Assembly: GCA_002633005.1 (NCBI GenBank)
Contig: NMRA01000146.1
Location: forward strand, 307,981-371,980
Length of the DNA stretch: 64,000 nt
Direction of reading: 5' to 3'
Origin: Phoronis australis
Lineage: Eukaryota; Animalia; Phoronida
The translations under genes were made by a program, and so were the position numbers. Shown here in pieces: positions 34,436 to 48,843 of the stretch. Each line of letters starts with the position of its first letter. The stretch's first letter is position 1. A model generated the notes under the pieces. That model was given only the letters and a program-made list of their open reading frames with translations. It had not been told where the DNA came from and ran no database searches.

Positions 34436-37400
34436 CTACAAATCGGGATACAGATTCATAAATACGATAGTGAAAATTCGGAAGTTTGTAATGATATTTC
34501 TTCCACCAGTGATTCGAGTTTGACTGAATCTTCTTAATCAGCCAACAGGAAGTGCTAAGCTGGTGGAATCCAAAAAAGCCTTTGCCGGAGCAGAGGTCTT
34601 TCGTCAATTCGTTTGGCAATAAAAAAACGTACAAACAATTTATCGGTGGAAACCTAAACGGAAACCCTTGGGTGGCACGATTTTTGTTGGTGTCAGAACC
34701 CTCCCGTCTTATAACATTATATCAATCATCATGATCAGAACGTTTTGAGAGAAAAAAAATTATTAATATACTAGAAGGACTAACGCATTCTAAAAATAAG
34801 TTAGATCTGGTTTCGTCTGATCAATGTCCGACTTTTGTCCACGACAACATAGCGTAAACAATAGTTACAGTTAAAAAAATTCGCGTGTCTTGCACAATCT
34901 TAAACTTAAGGTTGAATAACGTACAGTAAAGGCCTCAGCGAAGTCAACTGTTATCTGTAGGGAGATTAGAAATGTAAGATATTATGAAATAAAAATTAAA
35001 AATTTAAAGGTAATGTAATGTTTTCAGTACATAATATCAATATGATATCACATTTCAAGCTGTTCAATTTAGTTAAAAATCAATGACCCATTGATTTTGG
35101 ATGTGCTGATTATGGACAGTAGAAATACTGTAAATTTAGTTAATAGACAACTGGTAGAAGTCAAGAAGTAATTGTACGAGGAAGACAACCGTGAGCTAAA
35201 ATATATGATTTAGAGAATCCCGGATTATCAAAACAAAACGAGGTAATGGAATGAAGAAATGAATAACATCAGGCTCCTTCATCATACATGTACATGGGCT
35301 TATAGCGTGATGGATGCAAAATGGCGAATGTCTTCCAAAATTCTTTTTCAACTCAAGAGACCCGCCATTTTTCAGTGACTACGCACCGTGTTAAACTACA
35401 TAGTAGTACAGATGTCTCGGATCAAAGGACAAATCTTGAGAACACAAAATTTCAACGAGGGATGTGGAAGACTAAAAGCATGTTGACAAAATTCATCATC
35501 AAGACTTTTAGAACTGGTTACAAACAACTCCAATTAAAAAGGGAAAAACGTCATGTACGTAATGTTTGAGATTCAATTTTTACATTTTTGGAATGAATTT
35601 GGCTACTACCATCTGTTTCATGTGGAAAATGGAAAATGCTCAGTTCAAGCAACTATAATTATCAATTCAGCTAAAATTACGGAGCCCCAGAAGAGAAACA
35701 TTCTACGAGAAAAAAAATATCTCGTGGGAGCTTCCATGAGTTACGTACAGTAACTCGTTTTAACAAGATACTGTTTTGGGGGCGATATTTTTATTCCACG
35801 TCTCTTCGGTGGTCCTCGTCGGTTTGTGTGAGAGCATGCTGCTCTTTTGTTGCTTTTCTGTATGCTTCATTTAATAGTTATTTTTAAAAATTACACATTC
35901 ATCCTGGTTTGTCAAGCACTTTCTTAGATAATTACAAAGGATATATAAAAGTAAAGAGCGCACGACCAGGACAGCATGGTAATTGCATGTACGCACAAAA
36001 TACGTGGAGAACGCGATGGGATCAAAATATTGACCAGCAAGTACTGATCCAGATGACTGGGACTGTATTTCTTGAAAAAGTGGAATGAGTTTTGTAACAA
36101 ATTTTTAAAGCTTGATGCTTGGTATACATGTACTATCCTTTGAGTCGTTTCAAGAGCCAGTTTAGTTTTGAGTGCTGTTGAATTTTTTTCAAATAGAGCA
36201 AAGACAGAGTTTAACTGAAAATTCGAAGCATTCTGTACTTCTAATTCACGGGGTGGACAATAAAACCCAAAGCGAGGATCACTGTGATAAACAAAGCGGA
36301 AATTAACAGTGCGTGAGTTAAATGACTGGTCTTTCGGGTCCAACCTGGAGATTAAATATTAAGAATGTTTCAATAATTAACCACAGAGACGTATAAAAAT
36401 GCATTTAGAAAACCAGCCAATGAACCAAATAGTTGTCCATTTGGTTTTAATAATGCTTACATTTATTTCCTGACGAAAATAGCCCATCTCGTTTTAGAGC
36501 TTAATTTCAGTTAACAGATCAGAACAAGCATATGTTCCTTCAGGGGCCTCGTTCATCCGAGGGGAAAGGAGCCTGTGCCTTCTGAGAGGGAATTTTTTTC
36601 GCCTGTGAGGAGGAATTCTACCTCTCGATCACCATAAATACATGTAGCACCCCGCTCTGTTGCAAGGTCTCACTGGCTCTGTCTCAAGTAGAATTTTGTG
36701 CTCTTTCAACCTGTGTGGTTACAAGTGATTTAAACTTCGAATAGAAAATTTCAGTCAGTTTAGGGGAATTTTTAGGCCTCATGAGGGGAGTTTTCCGTGA
36801 TTTTTCAATAAACTGAGAGGACAATATGGTCAATAATCAGTTCCAAAATCGAGTAATTGAGGGTCTTCTCCTTTTTGGATACAAATATATCATGTTTCAG
36901 GCCGTGGTCATGAAAACACAGCCTGGCTGGACGAAGATTCACCGGTCGTTGCTATGATGCTCGGCAACCGATATGCGACTATAATCTGATCAAACTTTCG
37001 AAAACATCTAAATGTATAACTTTTACCTGAAATTGTTATCCTTCGTCGCGGCGTGTGGCAACGACCCAAAGCTTCGGAACCTTAACGTTCATGGTGATTG
37101 TAAAAAACAAAGACAGCTGAATGTCTGTATTTGTTCTATCTCTGTTCGGGCAATGCAGAACAAAACTATGCCGATTCGCCAATTAACTGAGCAATGGTAG
37201 TGAGCCTCGTTTTGGAGCGCTCTTCTTGTCTGCGCGAATTAGGCGTATGGTCAAAAGTGCTGGTTTCGCCTGTTTGCCCGTTTTCATTCCAATTCACAGA
37301 TTTTTAAGACAATTTCGCACCTCGCAAGAGCACATAACGTTCGGACGTGATGTATCGTCATGATACGGAGTCGGCAACATGAATTCAGTGAGTGACCTCC

Positions 37401-37703
37401 TACTAGTCGGAAACTTCTTAGACATAGCACCCTTTCGTAGAAACGTTTTCCCCAACACATCTTTTTATAAGAGTTTAAAACCCATCTGATTTTTATTTTT
37501 GATATGACACCAAACGTGAACCTTGTTTAAGGAATTTGACAGGGAAAGACTTCTCTTTCTGGAGAAGGGCACTAGTCCGTGAAAAAAAAATACTCATTCA
37601 TGTACATGTACGAGTGGCGACAAGTGCTCCCTTGTCGAGGGTTAGAGCAATGTCCTGGAAGCACGTTGACCTTGGGCAAGCTTTTTGTCGTGTATGAACT
37701 TAC

Positions 37704-38036
37704 GTATAAGAGCGACCCGCATTGATCGCAATGCGTGCATCGACTTGTTTTGACTGTTGCTTGCCCGACACCGAATGGTTGACTGGTCGTAATCTTTTGA
37801 TATGTCCATATCGTTCTTGCCCGAGTACATGAGCCCAGGCAGCCGTTCATTCGTAGCATTGACCACTTTCGTCTGGCCAGACCTAAACTGAATGTCGAAA
37901 TTGAAATCGACATTCTGGAATGACTTGTCCGACACACAATAGAGCGTTATCCTGCTGCCCAAGTGCGCCAGGCACGTGCCTTCTGGTCCACGTCGTCCAC
38001 CCATGCAATAAAACGCCGTTATTTTCTTCGGACCAA
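37704..38036 (-). CDS. Ig-like exon (class D)
   Basis: ttttcag| GPKKIT...ITLYCVSD...IRCRASN...VALI C|gtaagt; 333 nt, phase 1-1. Confidence 0.85.
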
Positions 38037-38185
38037 CTGAAAAATTATAAATTCCTTCCAAAATACTCCGTTTTTCCGACTCTGTTTTCTTTTACGACTT
38101 AATAAGCTTAACATTCTTTCATAGTTCAATCATGATTTGGTTTTGCTAAGTCTGGTGTCATAACGTGTTGCTAGACTGGACTCAC

Positions 38186-38521
38186 CGAGAACTTCAATTT
38201 TAGCAGACGATTTAGCTGACAAGTACTGTGTTCTTTTATTGGTTGCCTTGCATGTAATGATGATACCGTGGTTTTCCTTTGCAATGTTCAGCGTTACTGC
38301 TGTCGAAAAGATTCCTCTGTACGATTCAACAATCGCAATATGCGATAGGGGAGACGTTTGTCCTGATTTAGGATTGTACAAGGACACAGCCATGTCCACG
38401 CCCTCCTTGCAGTAATCTGTGGTACATGCTATCTCAACTGATGTGCCGTGTGTTGTGATGATGGAATTGTCGGGTCCCCAGCGACCACCGGTCTGGTTAA
38501 TTGTTATTAAGGTTGGGCCAA
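38186..38521 (-). CDS. Ig-like exon (class B)
   Basis: cttacag| GPTLITINQTGGRWGP...VEIACTTDYC...ITCKATN...EVL G|gtgagt; 336 nt, phase 1-1. Confidence 0.88.
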
Positions 38522-39642
38522 CTGTAAGTGTCCGCAGGCTGAGATCAAACGGTTGTAATAACAAAGAACACGAGACACAGACTCTTATATAGATTGATCT
38601 TAATTTAAGGGGCACAGAGGACGTGCTTTGACATGTGTACACCTTAGCTTACCGGGTGCGTGGGCGTCATTTGCAATAGGAAATCAATGCGCAGGTGCCT
38701 CACTTTTCATTTATTTGATATTTGTTCCTATAACTATTTGGAGTGAGCGACAACAAGGTCAAGTGGGGAGTAATGGGACTAAAAACTGTAAATCAAAACC
38801 TAAACGGTTAAAATACTTATATACACTGTAGTCGTTCCCCTGGGGAATGTTTGATCATACATCTACTAAGAGACCCCTCCATTTCTTGAATCCGCCTATG
38901 TACTGTATCACCCTATTGACACCCATGTTAAAATAACACTTCTTCAAAAATTGATCAGCTGTTTTGCATACTTCCCCAGAGTCCCATATTCCTGTAGGAC
39001 GCAAATGCTCTTATTCCAATAGATAACGGTGGGTTGACAACTCTCCAACGTCAACAGTGTGGCATGGCGTAGCAATATTTCAGTCACACGTTGTTTTGAA
39101 ACCTTGCTTCTGGTGTTTTAGTGGACGATACTCTTTAAAGCCTTTACATTCTCCAATTTGGAACACAGGGTGGATTTTTGTCGATCGACAAAACTTTGAA
39201 CATAACTTTCAGTCCAATGTTTGTTTGTCCTTTATTTTGCTATTAACTTTTAATTTGCCCGCATCATGAAAGCACAAAAGGTATAAAAACGCCATTACTC
39301 CCAGTAAATTAAAACCTCTCGCTTGCTTTAGAAAGGATCTGTAATTGGCGTTGAACGCCTGATCTGGATACGTGGCCATTATTTTCGAAACTGTGCAGAT
39401 TTCAATAACCTGCGACCTCGCCAGGACATCGCCAGAGAAGCAAAGACTTTGCGACATTACACCTCTGCCGTGTATATTAACCGAGAACATGAGATTATAG
39501 CTAGATTTTAAGTCGAATCGCGAGACAGATACTGAGCTCTGTTCAGATATTGAGCTCGGCGTTTAAGATGGGGAACGCCGGGTTGAGTTAGCAAAGCTAT
39601 GTTTACTCAGTTTAATGCAACTGTTAATTGAAAGGAATTTAC

Positions 39643-39978
39643 CTGAGACTTGCAAATTCACTGACACCGTATGTAGGATGTTTGGTCGAAGGCTGTTTTG
39701 AGCAATGCAATATACTTTTGTATTGTCATACTGCAGGGTAATATTTAGTTCGTAAGTAGCTTTGTATGTATACCCAAGGTGTGGTTCAATAGCTGGATAT
39801 ACTGTCCAGGATACTCTCTGCCTTTGAAACTTGTAGTCTATGTTTACCGCCGGTTGAACGTCATCAGTGATGCATTGAATTACGAAGACAGTTCCTGCCG
39901 GTACTACACATGATGGGTGGAGCTGAATTGAACAGTTGCGGATTCCGCCGAATTCAAACTTCAGCAACGTGGGTCCAT
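39643..39978 (-). CDS. Ig-like exon (class C)
   Basis: gttgcag| GPTLLK...IQCITDDVQPA...VYCIAQN...QVS G|gtaaat; 336 nt, phase 1-1. Confidence 0.88.
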
Positions 39979-40305
39979 CTGCAACATCGGCTTCATAACC
40001 TGACGCGTAGTTACAGTAGCCATTTCTGGTTGGACTGCCAAAATCATGTCACAACAAAAGTCTCGGCCGTTTAAGTGTCGTTATCGTGGTTCACCGTGGT
40101 GAATAAGAAATGGCAAAAAAGTGGTATTACTTTTGAACCTAACTACAAATGTGTCCATTTATTCAAGTAATGTTGAGTGCTCTCAGGCACAAGGCCGGAC
40201 ATAATTTCTTAAGTACTTGAAAAACGGAACATCATTAGTAGATTGTCAGAAAATAGACGGACACTGTTTTTGGTTGCATTATTTTGTTTTATTGTCCTGT
40301 TTAAT

Positions 40306-40950
40306 TGACATGACCCCTGAGTTAAGTACAATGATGATATAATTTGTTTACTACAGAATAGTGTGGAACTTTCTAGAAGACTGAGGTCTGTACAATGATG
40401 ATGTAATTTGTTTACTACAGTATAGTAGGAACTTTCTAGAAGACTCTCGCATGACAGTGATTAACACAGTCCGGAATATTCTGGAGATTAGTACATGTTT
40501 GTAGAATGATTGGGCAGATTCCGGAAAGTTCTAGAACGTGCTTGAACTGGTGAAAAGTTCTAGAACAATGCATTAGGCTATAAATACACCAGCACTGGTT
40601 TGTATTAGTCAGTTAATCAGCAGCTAATCAGCACCTAATCAGAAGAAAAGCAGTTGGAGTTACAGTTGAGTTGCAGTGAAGAGAATCAGCAGTTACAGTG
40701 ATAGTCAATAGAAATTCAGCTATAGGAACAGCAGGTTATTGAATCGACGAGTGTAACAGTTGCTGAACGTGTCTCAGAAGTTCATCACAAGTCAAGGCTT
40801 CGCAGCACTGGCTGGAGCATAAACAGACATTACGTCGGACGTTTTGTTTGAGTAGGCTTGTGAATGTACGGTAGGGATTAATAAAGGATTAAATCGAACC
40901 AGTTTTCAGTCAATCATCGCACCGAAAGTTATTAGCACTGGCCTGTAACA
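40306..40950 (+). repeat. Solo-LTR-like dispersed repeat
   Basis: TG...TGTAACA ends, internal CTATAAATA and AATAAA, an internal ~60-bp tandem duplication, and an inverted homologue at ~3015-3400. No TSD identified, so bounds are approximate. Confidence 0.45.
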
Positions 40951-41347
40951 ACCTGCGCCCACCCACACACGGGGAAAAAAGTGACATAGATTTTATAGGA
41001 AAACATGTTGGTGAGCATTTCGCGAAGAATGATTAGAAAACTGCAATCACATGATTAGCAAAATCTGGTGAAATTAGGCTCTACTCATAATAACATACTC
41101 TGATCATCCATTTAAAAAATGTCTAATTTTATCGTTTTAAAAATAGTATTTCTATACTCACTATAATGAATCCATGGTTTCGTTGCTTCGCATTGTGCAG
41201 ATTTTTGTGAATATTTACTTTTAGCGTTCCATATCGCCTGTTTTGCAATAGAAACTTTTGGTTAAGAATGTCCGAAATTATCAGAAAGCCTTGGTCAAAG
41301 GAGTTAACATTTATAATATTTTTCAATCGAAAATGAAAAGAGACAAA

Positions 41348-42113
41348 TATAGAGTTCACCTCAAACACGATAATGAAAACGCTGAGAATTCCTCGAGCTT
41401 GTCCCTATATTACATGTTGCACACGAGTGAATATCAAGATGAAGTTGGTCTGTTTCATTTTGGGAGCCTTTGCCTGGTGTCACGGAACAGTCCCAAATAG
41501 TTACTTTTTAGAACAAGAAATACAATGCAAGTCAAAGGTGAGTTCCTAATAAAGATAAAATGATAGAAAAATATTGGAGTTTTCTAAGTAAAGAACAGCA
41601 AAAATGCACAAAAGATTTCGGGAACTTAGNTGAAAGGAAATAAAATCGAATCAACCTACAAATACGAAGTGCGTGATATTACACCAGCGTAAAACTTTGT
41701 GTTGAATTAATGACGGCGTGGTAAAATCAAACGTTAAGTGATATCGCGGAAGCATAATTTCTAAATTTAGATATGAGACTTTTTATACAGTACATTTTGT
41801 ACAAAAACAAGCACGAAATTTGAAATTGACAGTATAGAGTTCACCTCAAACACGATAGTGAAAACGCTGAGAATTCCTCGAGCTTGTCCCTATATTACAT
41901 GTTGCACACGAGTGAATATCAAGATGAAGTTGGTCTGTTTCATTTTGGGAGCCTTTGCCTGGTGTCACGGAACAGTCCCAAATAGTTACTTTTTAGAACA
42001 AGAAATACAATGCAAGTCAAAGGTGAGTTCCTAATAAAGATAAAATGATAGAAAAATATTGGAGTTTTCTAAGAAAAGAACAGCAAAAATGCACAAAAGA
42101 TTTCGGGAACTTA
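41348..42113. repeat. Near-perfect ~280-bp direct duplication around a single-N contig join
   Basis: 41348-41628 matches 41834-42113, and the first copy ends exactly at the N. Confidence 0.8.
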
Positions 42114-43199
42114 GTAGAGTTCCTAATACGGACTGTTTCATGCAGCTGGTTTATCCGAATCACCCTATTTGCACATTTTCTATTACTCTGGGTAGTTCAG
42201 TTAACAAAAAGAATTATTTAGCAAGCTTATTTAATGCGGAGATTCTCTTAGTTATACTGAAAAAGTAACACCACGTGACTTGTAAGGTCCAATAAACCGA
42301 AAATTAGTTTAGACCAATTCATTGTCTCATTAACAAACTTTACCAATACTTGAACATTGACTTATTTTTTATCTTTTCACGTGAAATGGCTCTATTTTAT
42401 ATGAACATTGCGTTTTTACACCCGCCTGTTGGTTGGAAAGAAGAGATTACATGTAAGTAGGCCACAGTGCATTGGACTCTAGAGAGCCTAGAAAATCACT
42501 TCCGTTTCCAAATTGTTGGGGGCAAGATAATTTTGGTGTTTTTAAGGTCATTAAGTAGTATACTTTAAGAATCTGAAAAATTCCCAAGGTTTGACTTGCA
42601 CGTTTTCGAGAAATTTGACCTAAAAATCTGACTTTTTGCAAAAGTTGACACAGTAAACCAATTTTCAAAAACCCACAAAACTAGACAATAACTGCATGAT
42701 AACCTGATTGGGTTTTGTTCATTTGAAGTTATTGAACAAGAAAAGTGATAATTATTATGGCATTTAGAGGAATATTGCTCAAAAAAAGAGAAAAAGTAGA
42801 ATTTCAACAGCACCTCCTGTTGGCCAGAAAACATACTACTATATTCCGAACCATACTAAAAGAACTATACAAATTAACCATTTGGAACCTGATAAAGATG
42901 TGACATCACAACCTACATGTGAACACCATACGTTTCCAATGCTTCTGTAAAAAATTCTGTCATCAATTTCATTAATTGTCATAGTTAATTAACATTATCC
43001 CACATTGCAGTTCACTGTCAACTATCACAGGGAACGAAACACCCAGCAGTGTCAGTCATGAGCATGATAAAATGTTGTCCATATTTCCAATTAGGTTGAA
43101 AATTTAAAGTTCTTTAACAACATAACAAAACACTATCTTATTATGTTTCTTCATTCACTCCATCATCATTTATATCATCATTATTGTCATCAAAAGTAG

Positions 43200-43850
43200 T
43201 TTTTTGACTGAGACACCGTGTTCACACAGTCCGGACAGTCACACAACTTAGAACATGGCATGCCCGACTTCAAACAAGAGTACAGTTTTTACTACAACAA
43301 TTTCTTTTACAATTGCCATTAACATTTGTTCATGGCATTTTCTGGGGTTAAAGGCAGATTCATCCATTGGAGCATCAGACTACCCCGCTCCAAAAGCCAC
43401 CCATTACCAACTGGAGATGGTGCACTGACATGCTGTTGCAAGGCTCGTTTATGAATGGCACACTGGTAGTTTGCTCTTTTAGCACGTGACAGTAAACAAT
43501 CATGATGAGGAGGCAGATCACAGATTTCAACCTGAATATGTGGTAGCGTGGTTTAGTAGCTGTTGATGACTTGCATGCAAATGGTTCAATGTCTTCCATG
43601 TGTTAACCAGGAATCACAGAATTTGAGCCAAACTTTAATGGCAAAGACAAATTTAAAAAAAATATCTCTGCAAGCCTGCACCGTACCCAAAATAAAAAAA
43701 AAAGTTTTGACAGCCTGGATACCGTTTCATCTAAACACCTTGTTACAGTAACCCTATTTAAATGAAATAGATAACCAAAATACTCTTCACTTTGACACAG
43801 TATGACCAACAGCTAAATTTTGTTTGAGTGCTCAGCAAAATAAGCATTAA
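43200..43850 (-). pseudogene. Second Academ-type transposase C-terminal relic
   Basis: Minus strand reads LPPHHDCLLSRAKRANYQCAIHKRAL...PSPVGNGW...QWMNLP...SCLKSGMPCSKLCDCPDCVN followed by an acidic tail; same motif set as 21950-22170. Confidence 0.65.
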
Positions 43851-44566
43851 TAGAAATGAGCATCATTACTAGCATTGATTGCACTGTGTAGGTGTCTTCA
43901 AACAGTTTAAAACATAGAAACATTTTTATCATCCTTAATTAATACATTAATTCAGCCTTTGAAGAGGAATGGTCATGTTGGCGATAGTTTTTGTTTCAAA
44001 CTGAAAAGCGTCTTCTTCACCGTGTAGCTAAAATTTCATTTGACTATTCCTGTTATAAATACCACATAATTGGAAGAGTAAAAGTTTTCCTTTGCTAAGA
44101 ACTCCAATTCAAGAATCATTCGTCAAATGTGATACACTGAAATCTGCGAAACATTTGAATTTTTAAGATAAATAAATTACAGAACTCAATATTTCCATTT
44201 TATTTCTCAAATTCCGAACACTGCTCTTTACATAAAATGATCTCAAAATAGGCTTAGAAGTTAATAAAAAGCAGTGCTGATCACCCACATGTAAGTAAAA
44301 CTACTGCCAGTACATTTGAAATTGAGACTGCTATTACTAAAAATTCATCAAGCAATTTTTTTTTGTTCTGTGACCTTAACTAAAGATTATTTACAATATG
44401 AATGAAAACTTTTCAAATTATAAATAGGTAGGGGTATTTACAATTGAATGTTTGGAACTGAGATAGGTTTTCAACATTATTTCCACCGTCAGCTTGGACT
44501 TTTTCTTATTTAAGTGCTCTTTTAAGTTTTGTTACCACCGTTTAGTGTCTGTAACACTCCTTGAAG

Positions 44567-44807
44567 CAAGCGCGCACCAAACCTAAAAATGGGGGGCTCG
44601 ACATTTATTAAGATTCATGGGGGTACTTCAGAGCTACGAATTGTGCGTTCGTCAAATTTTGGTAGTTCCTACCTTTTTACTGAACTTTTATCTCGTTTTC
44701 TATCTTTTCTGAGTTTTTGTTTCTCTGAGGCAGACCTTTTTACCCTCTTTACCAACTGGGGGAGGCTCGTTCAAGCCGACGAGACACAACCCCTGGGTGC
44801 GCGCATG
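44567..44807. mobile_element. MITE related to 27435-27669
   Basis: CAAGCGCGCACCAA ... TGGGTGCGCGCATG ends and similar length; TSD not evident. Confidence 0.6.
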
Positions 44808-46124
44808 AAAGAGCTCTGTTTTTTCACAAAAAATTAAAAACTTATCAGCTATGGTACTTCTCTTGCACTCATGCAATGTTGATTCGTTTGTTTACAGTAG
44901 GGCTTAGACCAGGTAATATCTGAAAATTACATCTCAGAAATTTGAGCAGAAGCTGACACATGAATGAAACAAGGGGGAGACATCTTGCCAGTCTATCGAG
45001 AATTCGCACACTCGTTCAATAATTCATGGTTTCAGCAGAGTCCTAGCTGTCCCAAAACTGTTCTTTGCAAAACAAAACACAAAATGATTCAGGAATGTGC
45101 CAAGAATTGTTTCAGTACGATGACACTCGTGGCCGCTTCATTTGGCTTTCCTCAATTGCTAATTGTTGCCTGCTGGGATTGAGCCTTGGCCCTTGGTAAA
45201 TGCCTATTACTTGCTCACCCATCAAAGAATTAATACTTTCTAATGTACTCAGTACCAGTAAACAAGCTACCTAAGCCTGCAGGATAACATCAATTGACTG
45301 TCCTCTCATGAATGCAGACGGCTTTTGAAGGGGAAAGGTATGGACGCAATATTTTCGTGACCTTTGATTGGCTAATCTGATCATTTTGCACTGACACCTG
45401 GTGGCTAACATATTAGTTGAAATCATATTTTTCCATTGCCTCCAGAAAGTGGCCATGGAGGTGAAAGATAGGAGAGCTGGGACTATGGCCTAAAGAGGCC
45501 TGTTAAGATTGGCAGCAGGGTTGATCCGTGCGGGAGACGCGGAAATTAGCTGAGGAGAATAAATATACGTACACAAGAGGGAGTTACTTGCAAGAAAGAA
45601 GAAATTTCAACCTGAAACCATTTCATACATAATTCAGTTAAAAATCATAGTTTGCAATAGTGTCAAATACGCGACATTGGGACAATTTTCAACAAAATGG
45701 GGAAAAAACGATCGGAGAAATTTCATAAATTGGTTCACGCATGCAGGATTTTCTCCATTTAATTATCTTGCATTGTCCACATCTCTTCAAACTGACTTGC
45801 AGAATCACTAAAAAAAATAAGTGACATCTACTTGCAGTTGTTGAAAAAGATCTTTAAATTTGTCTACCGTGTCCCGTGAAAACTGATGCAAAGTTTTTCT
45901 AGCGATGTTATTGGTTGAGACCTTTTGTAACAATTTCTCATCCTCATGTATCCTTAATTTCGGCGTGAGCAATATACGTACTTCGTTTTGGCATGAGAAC
46001 TTGCTGTTTTCCAACCAAAAGTACAGCAGTGTTCATTTCGAATATTTAAAGATATATAGGACAACGATTAAGGGACGGACACGTGCACAATGAACAATGC
46101 TTTTATCCCAGCCATTACGTGTGC

Positions 46125-46350
46125 TCCGTACAGTATCATCTCAAGTGTGCTCCCAACTATACAGTGATATCTGAAGTACGCCCCCGACAGTTATATCTGA
46201 ACTCTGCACCATACAGCGACATCGGAAGTACGCTCCCTACAGTGATACCTGATTAATACTACCTACATTTTACAATGACGTCTGAAATACACATGTATGC
46301 TCTCTGCAGTGACATCTGAAGTATGCTCCCTTCAGCGACATCTGAAGTAT
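46125..46350. repeat. ~28-bp minisatellite (CAGTGATATCTGAAGTATGCTCCCTA) beside a class-A exon
   Basis: Degenerate direct copies; same family at 46810-46950, 54040-54290 and 62730-63200. Confidence 0.8.
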
Positions 46351-46460
46351 AATCCCGATAGTGGTATTTATTGCCTTTGCTTTTTCACGTGGGATCAGTG
46401 TTAGAATCTCAACGTGTGTCGTCACTGCACAAAAGTATAGTTCCATAAAACACAACTCAC

Positions 46461-46784
46461 ATAATACGATTGCGGTAAGATGTCTAGTAACAGTCTGTTG
46501 AGTCAAACTGTTTACAGCTGTGCAGTTAAGCTTCGTTCCAACCATGCTCCGGTCGACTGATAAAACCGAAGAGTAGTTTGTAGAGCCGTTGTATGTAAAC
46601 ACCACTCTTTTTGCTGCGTAGGAACTGATCAACTCAGACGACCAAACCACCGAAGCAGCAGGATACACGTGATCAGTAATGCAACTAATGCTACTGTTCT
46701 CAGCAATCGAGACAGTGTCTGCACTATCGTCAACGTAAGTGGGAAGTGGGCTTAAAATTTTAAAGCTCAGCTTTGTAGGTCCGA
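46461..46784 (-). CDS. Ig-like exon (class A, C2-set-like)
   Basis: ttccag| GPTKLSF...SISCITDHVYPAASVVW...LNCTAVN...IVL T|gtgagt; 324 nt, phase 1-1. Confidence 0.9.
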
Positions 46785-48516
46785 CTGGAATTAAGAACAA
46801 ATGTTGGGTGCATTGATATCTGAAGTATGTTCCGTACAGTGATATCTGATGTATGTTCCCAACAGCGAGTATTCTTCCTACAGTGACATCTGAAGTATAA
46901 GTTGTACAGTGATATCTGAAGTATAATTCTTACAGAGATACTTGAAGTGTGATCGAGACAGGTGTTTCTTTGTCTTTGCTTTTCACGTACAATAGGTCTG
47001 AACGTTTCCAATTTGTGAAAACTGCCAGCGCAACATGAATGACTTGACTGAAATATCGAATTGTGAGCGTGCTATCGTTGTCACGGAAATACATGTAGTT
47101 CCACGAGCGGCTAACTAAAGTTAAGGAGAGTACGTTAACGTGCATGGACAGATTTCCACAAGTTCATCATTTACTTGTTTACAATAAACTTCATGTAACG
47201 TTGAGATACTTATTCTTTCATAGTTTGTTTTATAATCTTTATTTACTGAAAAAGTTAGATATTCGTCGGTTCCTCGCACTCCCTCAAAAACGCTTGAATC
47301 TTCCATCCACTGAAAAGCAGACGATACGATATTACTTTGCCGGGAACAACATTTATAACACTGGTAGGTCTTCATTTGATTTGGTTTGGCAGCGTTGTTT
47401 CTGTCTTTGGCTATCTTGATTGCACAAAACAGAAAAAAGCGAGCCAAGCTCACAGTCAGGCTAGTTGGTCCTGCAAGGTAGCTGATGTTCTATATTCAGA
47501 TCAAGTCACGCTTGAGTAGATTGCCTCGAGGGGTTGTGGGCCGTGAGTGGAAGGGGTCCTTAGGTTGGTTCTAAAATTCGTCCTCTAGAGATCAAAACGT
47601 TTTGTTTTAAAATCGAGGTCCCCTAACGCAATGGTTATCGATGAGCCGAAGTTATCTGTTTTGTTGACCCGTGACGACCCAAAATCATTTTCTTCTGTCT
47701 GGCAATCTGATGTACACGTACATGTTAATGTAACTACCTTATGAAAATTGATTGATTCATCAATGATTTTGGAGTGCAGGCTAGAAGCTAATAAAACTAA
47801 AAGCAAATTTACGAAGCATTAGTGAACTTAAATGCAGACTGGAATTGGAAAGCATATTTTTTCCGATTCCAACCGCAAACTTCACGGAATGAGTTTTGAA
47901 GCCTCTAAGACAATGTCATTATCGTAAAAATTGACGTAGGTTCGTGAAATTCTGCCAAATGTATACGAGAGGGGGGCAGAGCAGCCACCTTAAAAGCGAG
48001 TCTGCAATAAAGGGAAATGTCTCCAAACTCCATGTTGGCCATAATGGAATGAAAGTTGACATTAGACTCTTGGTTTCTGATATTTTCGCTCATTCTAATT
48101 TCAAGGTGATGCAATTTCTCCTGATTTTGCTGCCTAACGTTACATTTACATCCCCTAAATAAGATTTGTGTCAGTAAATTACATCTTTTGGAAGAGTAAC
48201 AAAGTGGATTCCATAAAAACGTCTCCCTAAGGTTCAAAACCAAACACTTATCAAGTAAATGTGCTACTTAACCTGGTCCAAAATGACCCTCATTGGTGAA
48301 ATTTGTTGAAACATGAATGCGCAACCAATTGAACAGTCCGCAGCACTATTCCCAACCAGCAAAGTCAGCACGGGAGGGTGCGTCATTGGCGCCGGCCAGA
48401 AGCGGTGGTGTTGGCGAACTTGGTGGCTATAGGTGAATCTCATATTTTGGACAAAGTTGGGTTTTACGACCTAACAGTAGTGTCTATCGCACTACGGGAC
48501 CTCTTAAAGTACTCAC

Positions 48517-48843
48517 CGTACAAGCTTACGGTGACACGCCTTACAACAGTCTGTCCGCTAAAGCTATTTACAGCTGTACAGATTAGTGTTGATCCATGCA
48601 CGCTCCAGTCAACTGATACCACAGAAGAGAAGGTTTTAGAGCTGTTGTATGTGGTTACGTCTCTTCTTGTCGTGTAGGAAGTATTAGAGTTCGACGACGA
48701 CCAAGTAACCAAGGCATCAGGATACACATGGTCGGTTATGCAACTGATGTTATGGTTCTCATCAATCAAGGCTGTGTCATCCCCATCGTCAAGGTAGGTG
48801 AGTTGTGGTCCGAGGATTGCAAATTTCAAGTTTGTTGGTCCGG
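48517..48843 (-). CDS. Ig-like exon (class A', diverged)
   Basis: ttttcag| GPTNLKF...NISCITDHVYPDALVTW...LICTAVN...SLY G|gtgagt; 327 nt, phase 1-1. Confidence 0.9.

Noticed and set aside
35924-36343. 139-aa minus-strand ORF as another receptor exon
   Set aside because: No Ig cysteine pattern, no GP start and no convincing splice-site pair.
41348-42113. Biological tandem duplication
   Set aside because: One copy ends exactly at the single-N contig join and the copies are almost identical; likely an overlap artefact.
46125-46950. 28-bp repeats as a CRISPR array
   Set aside because: Head-to-tail degenerate units without spacers or cas genes; an intronic minisatellite.
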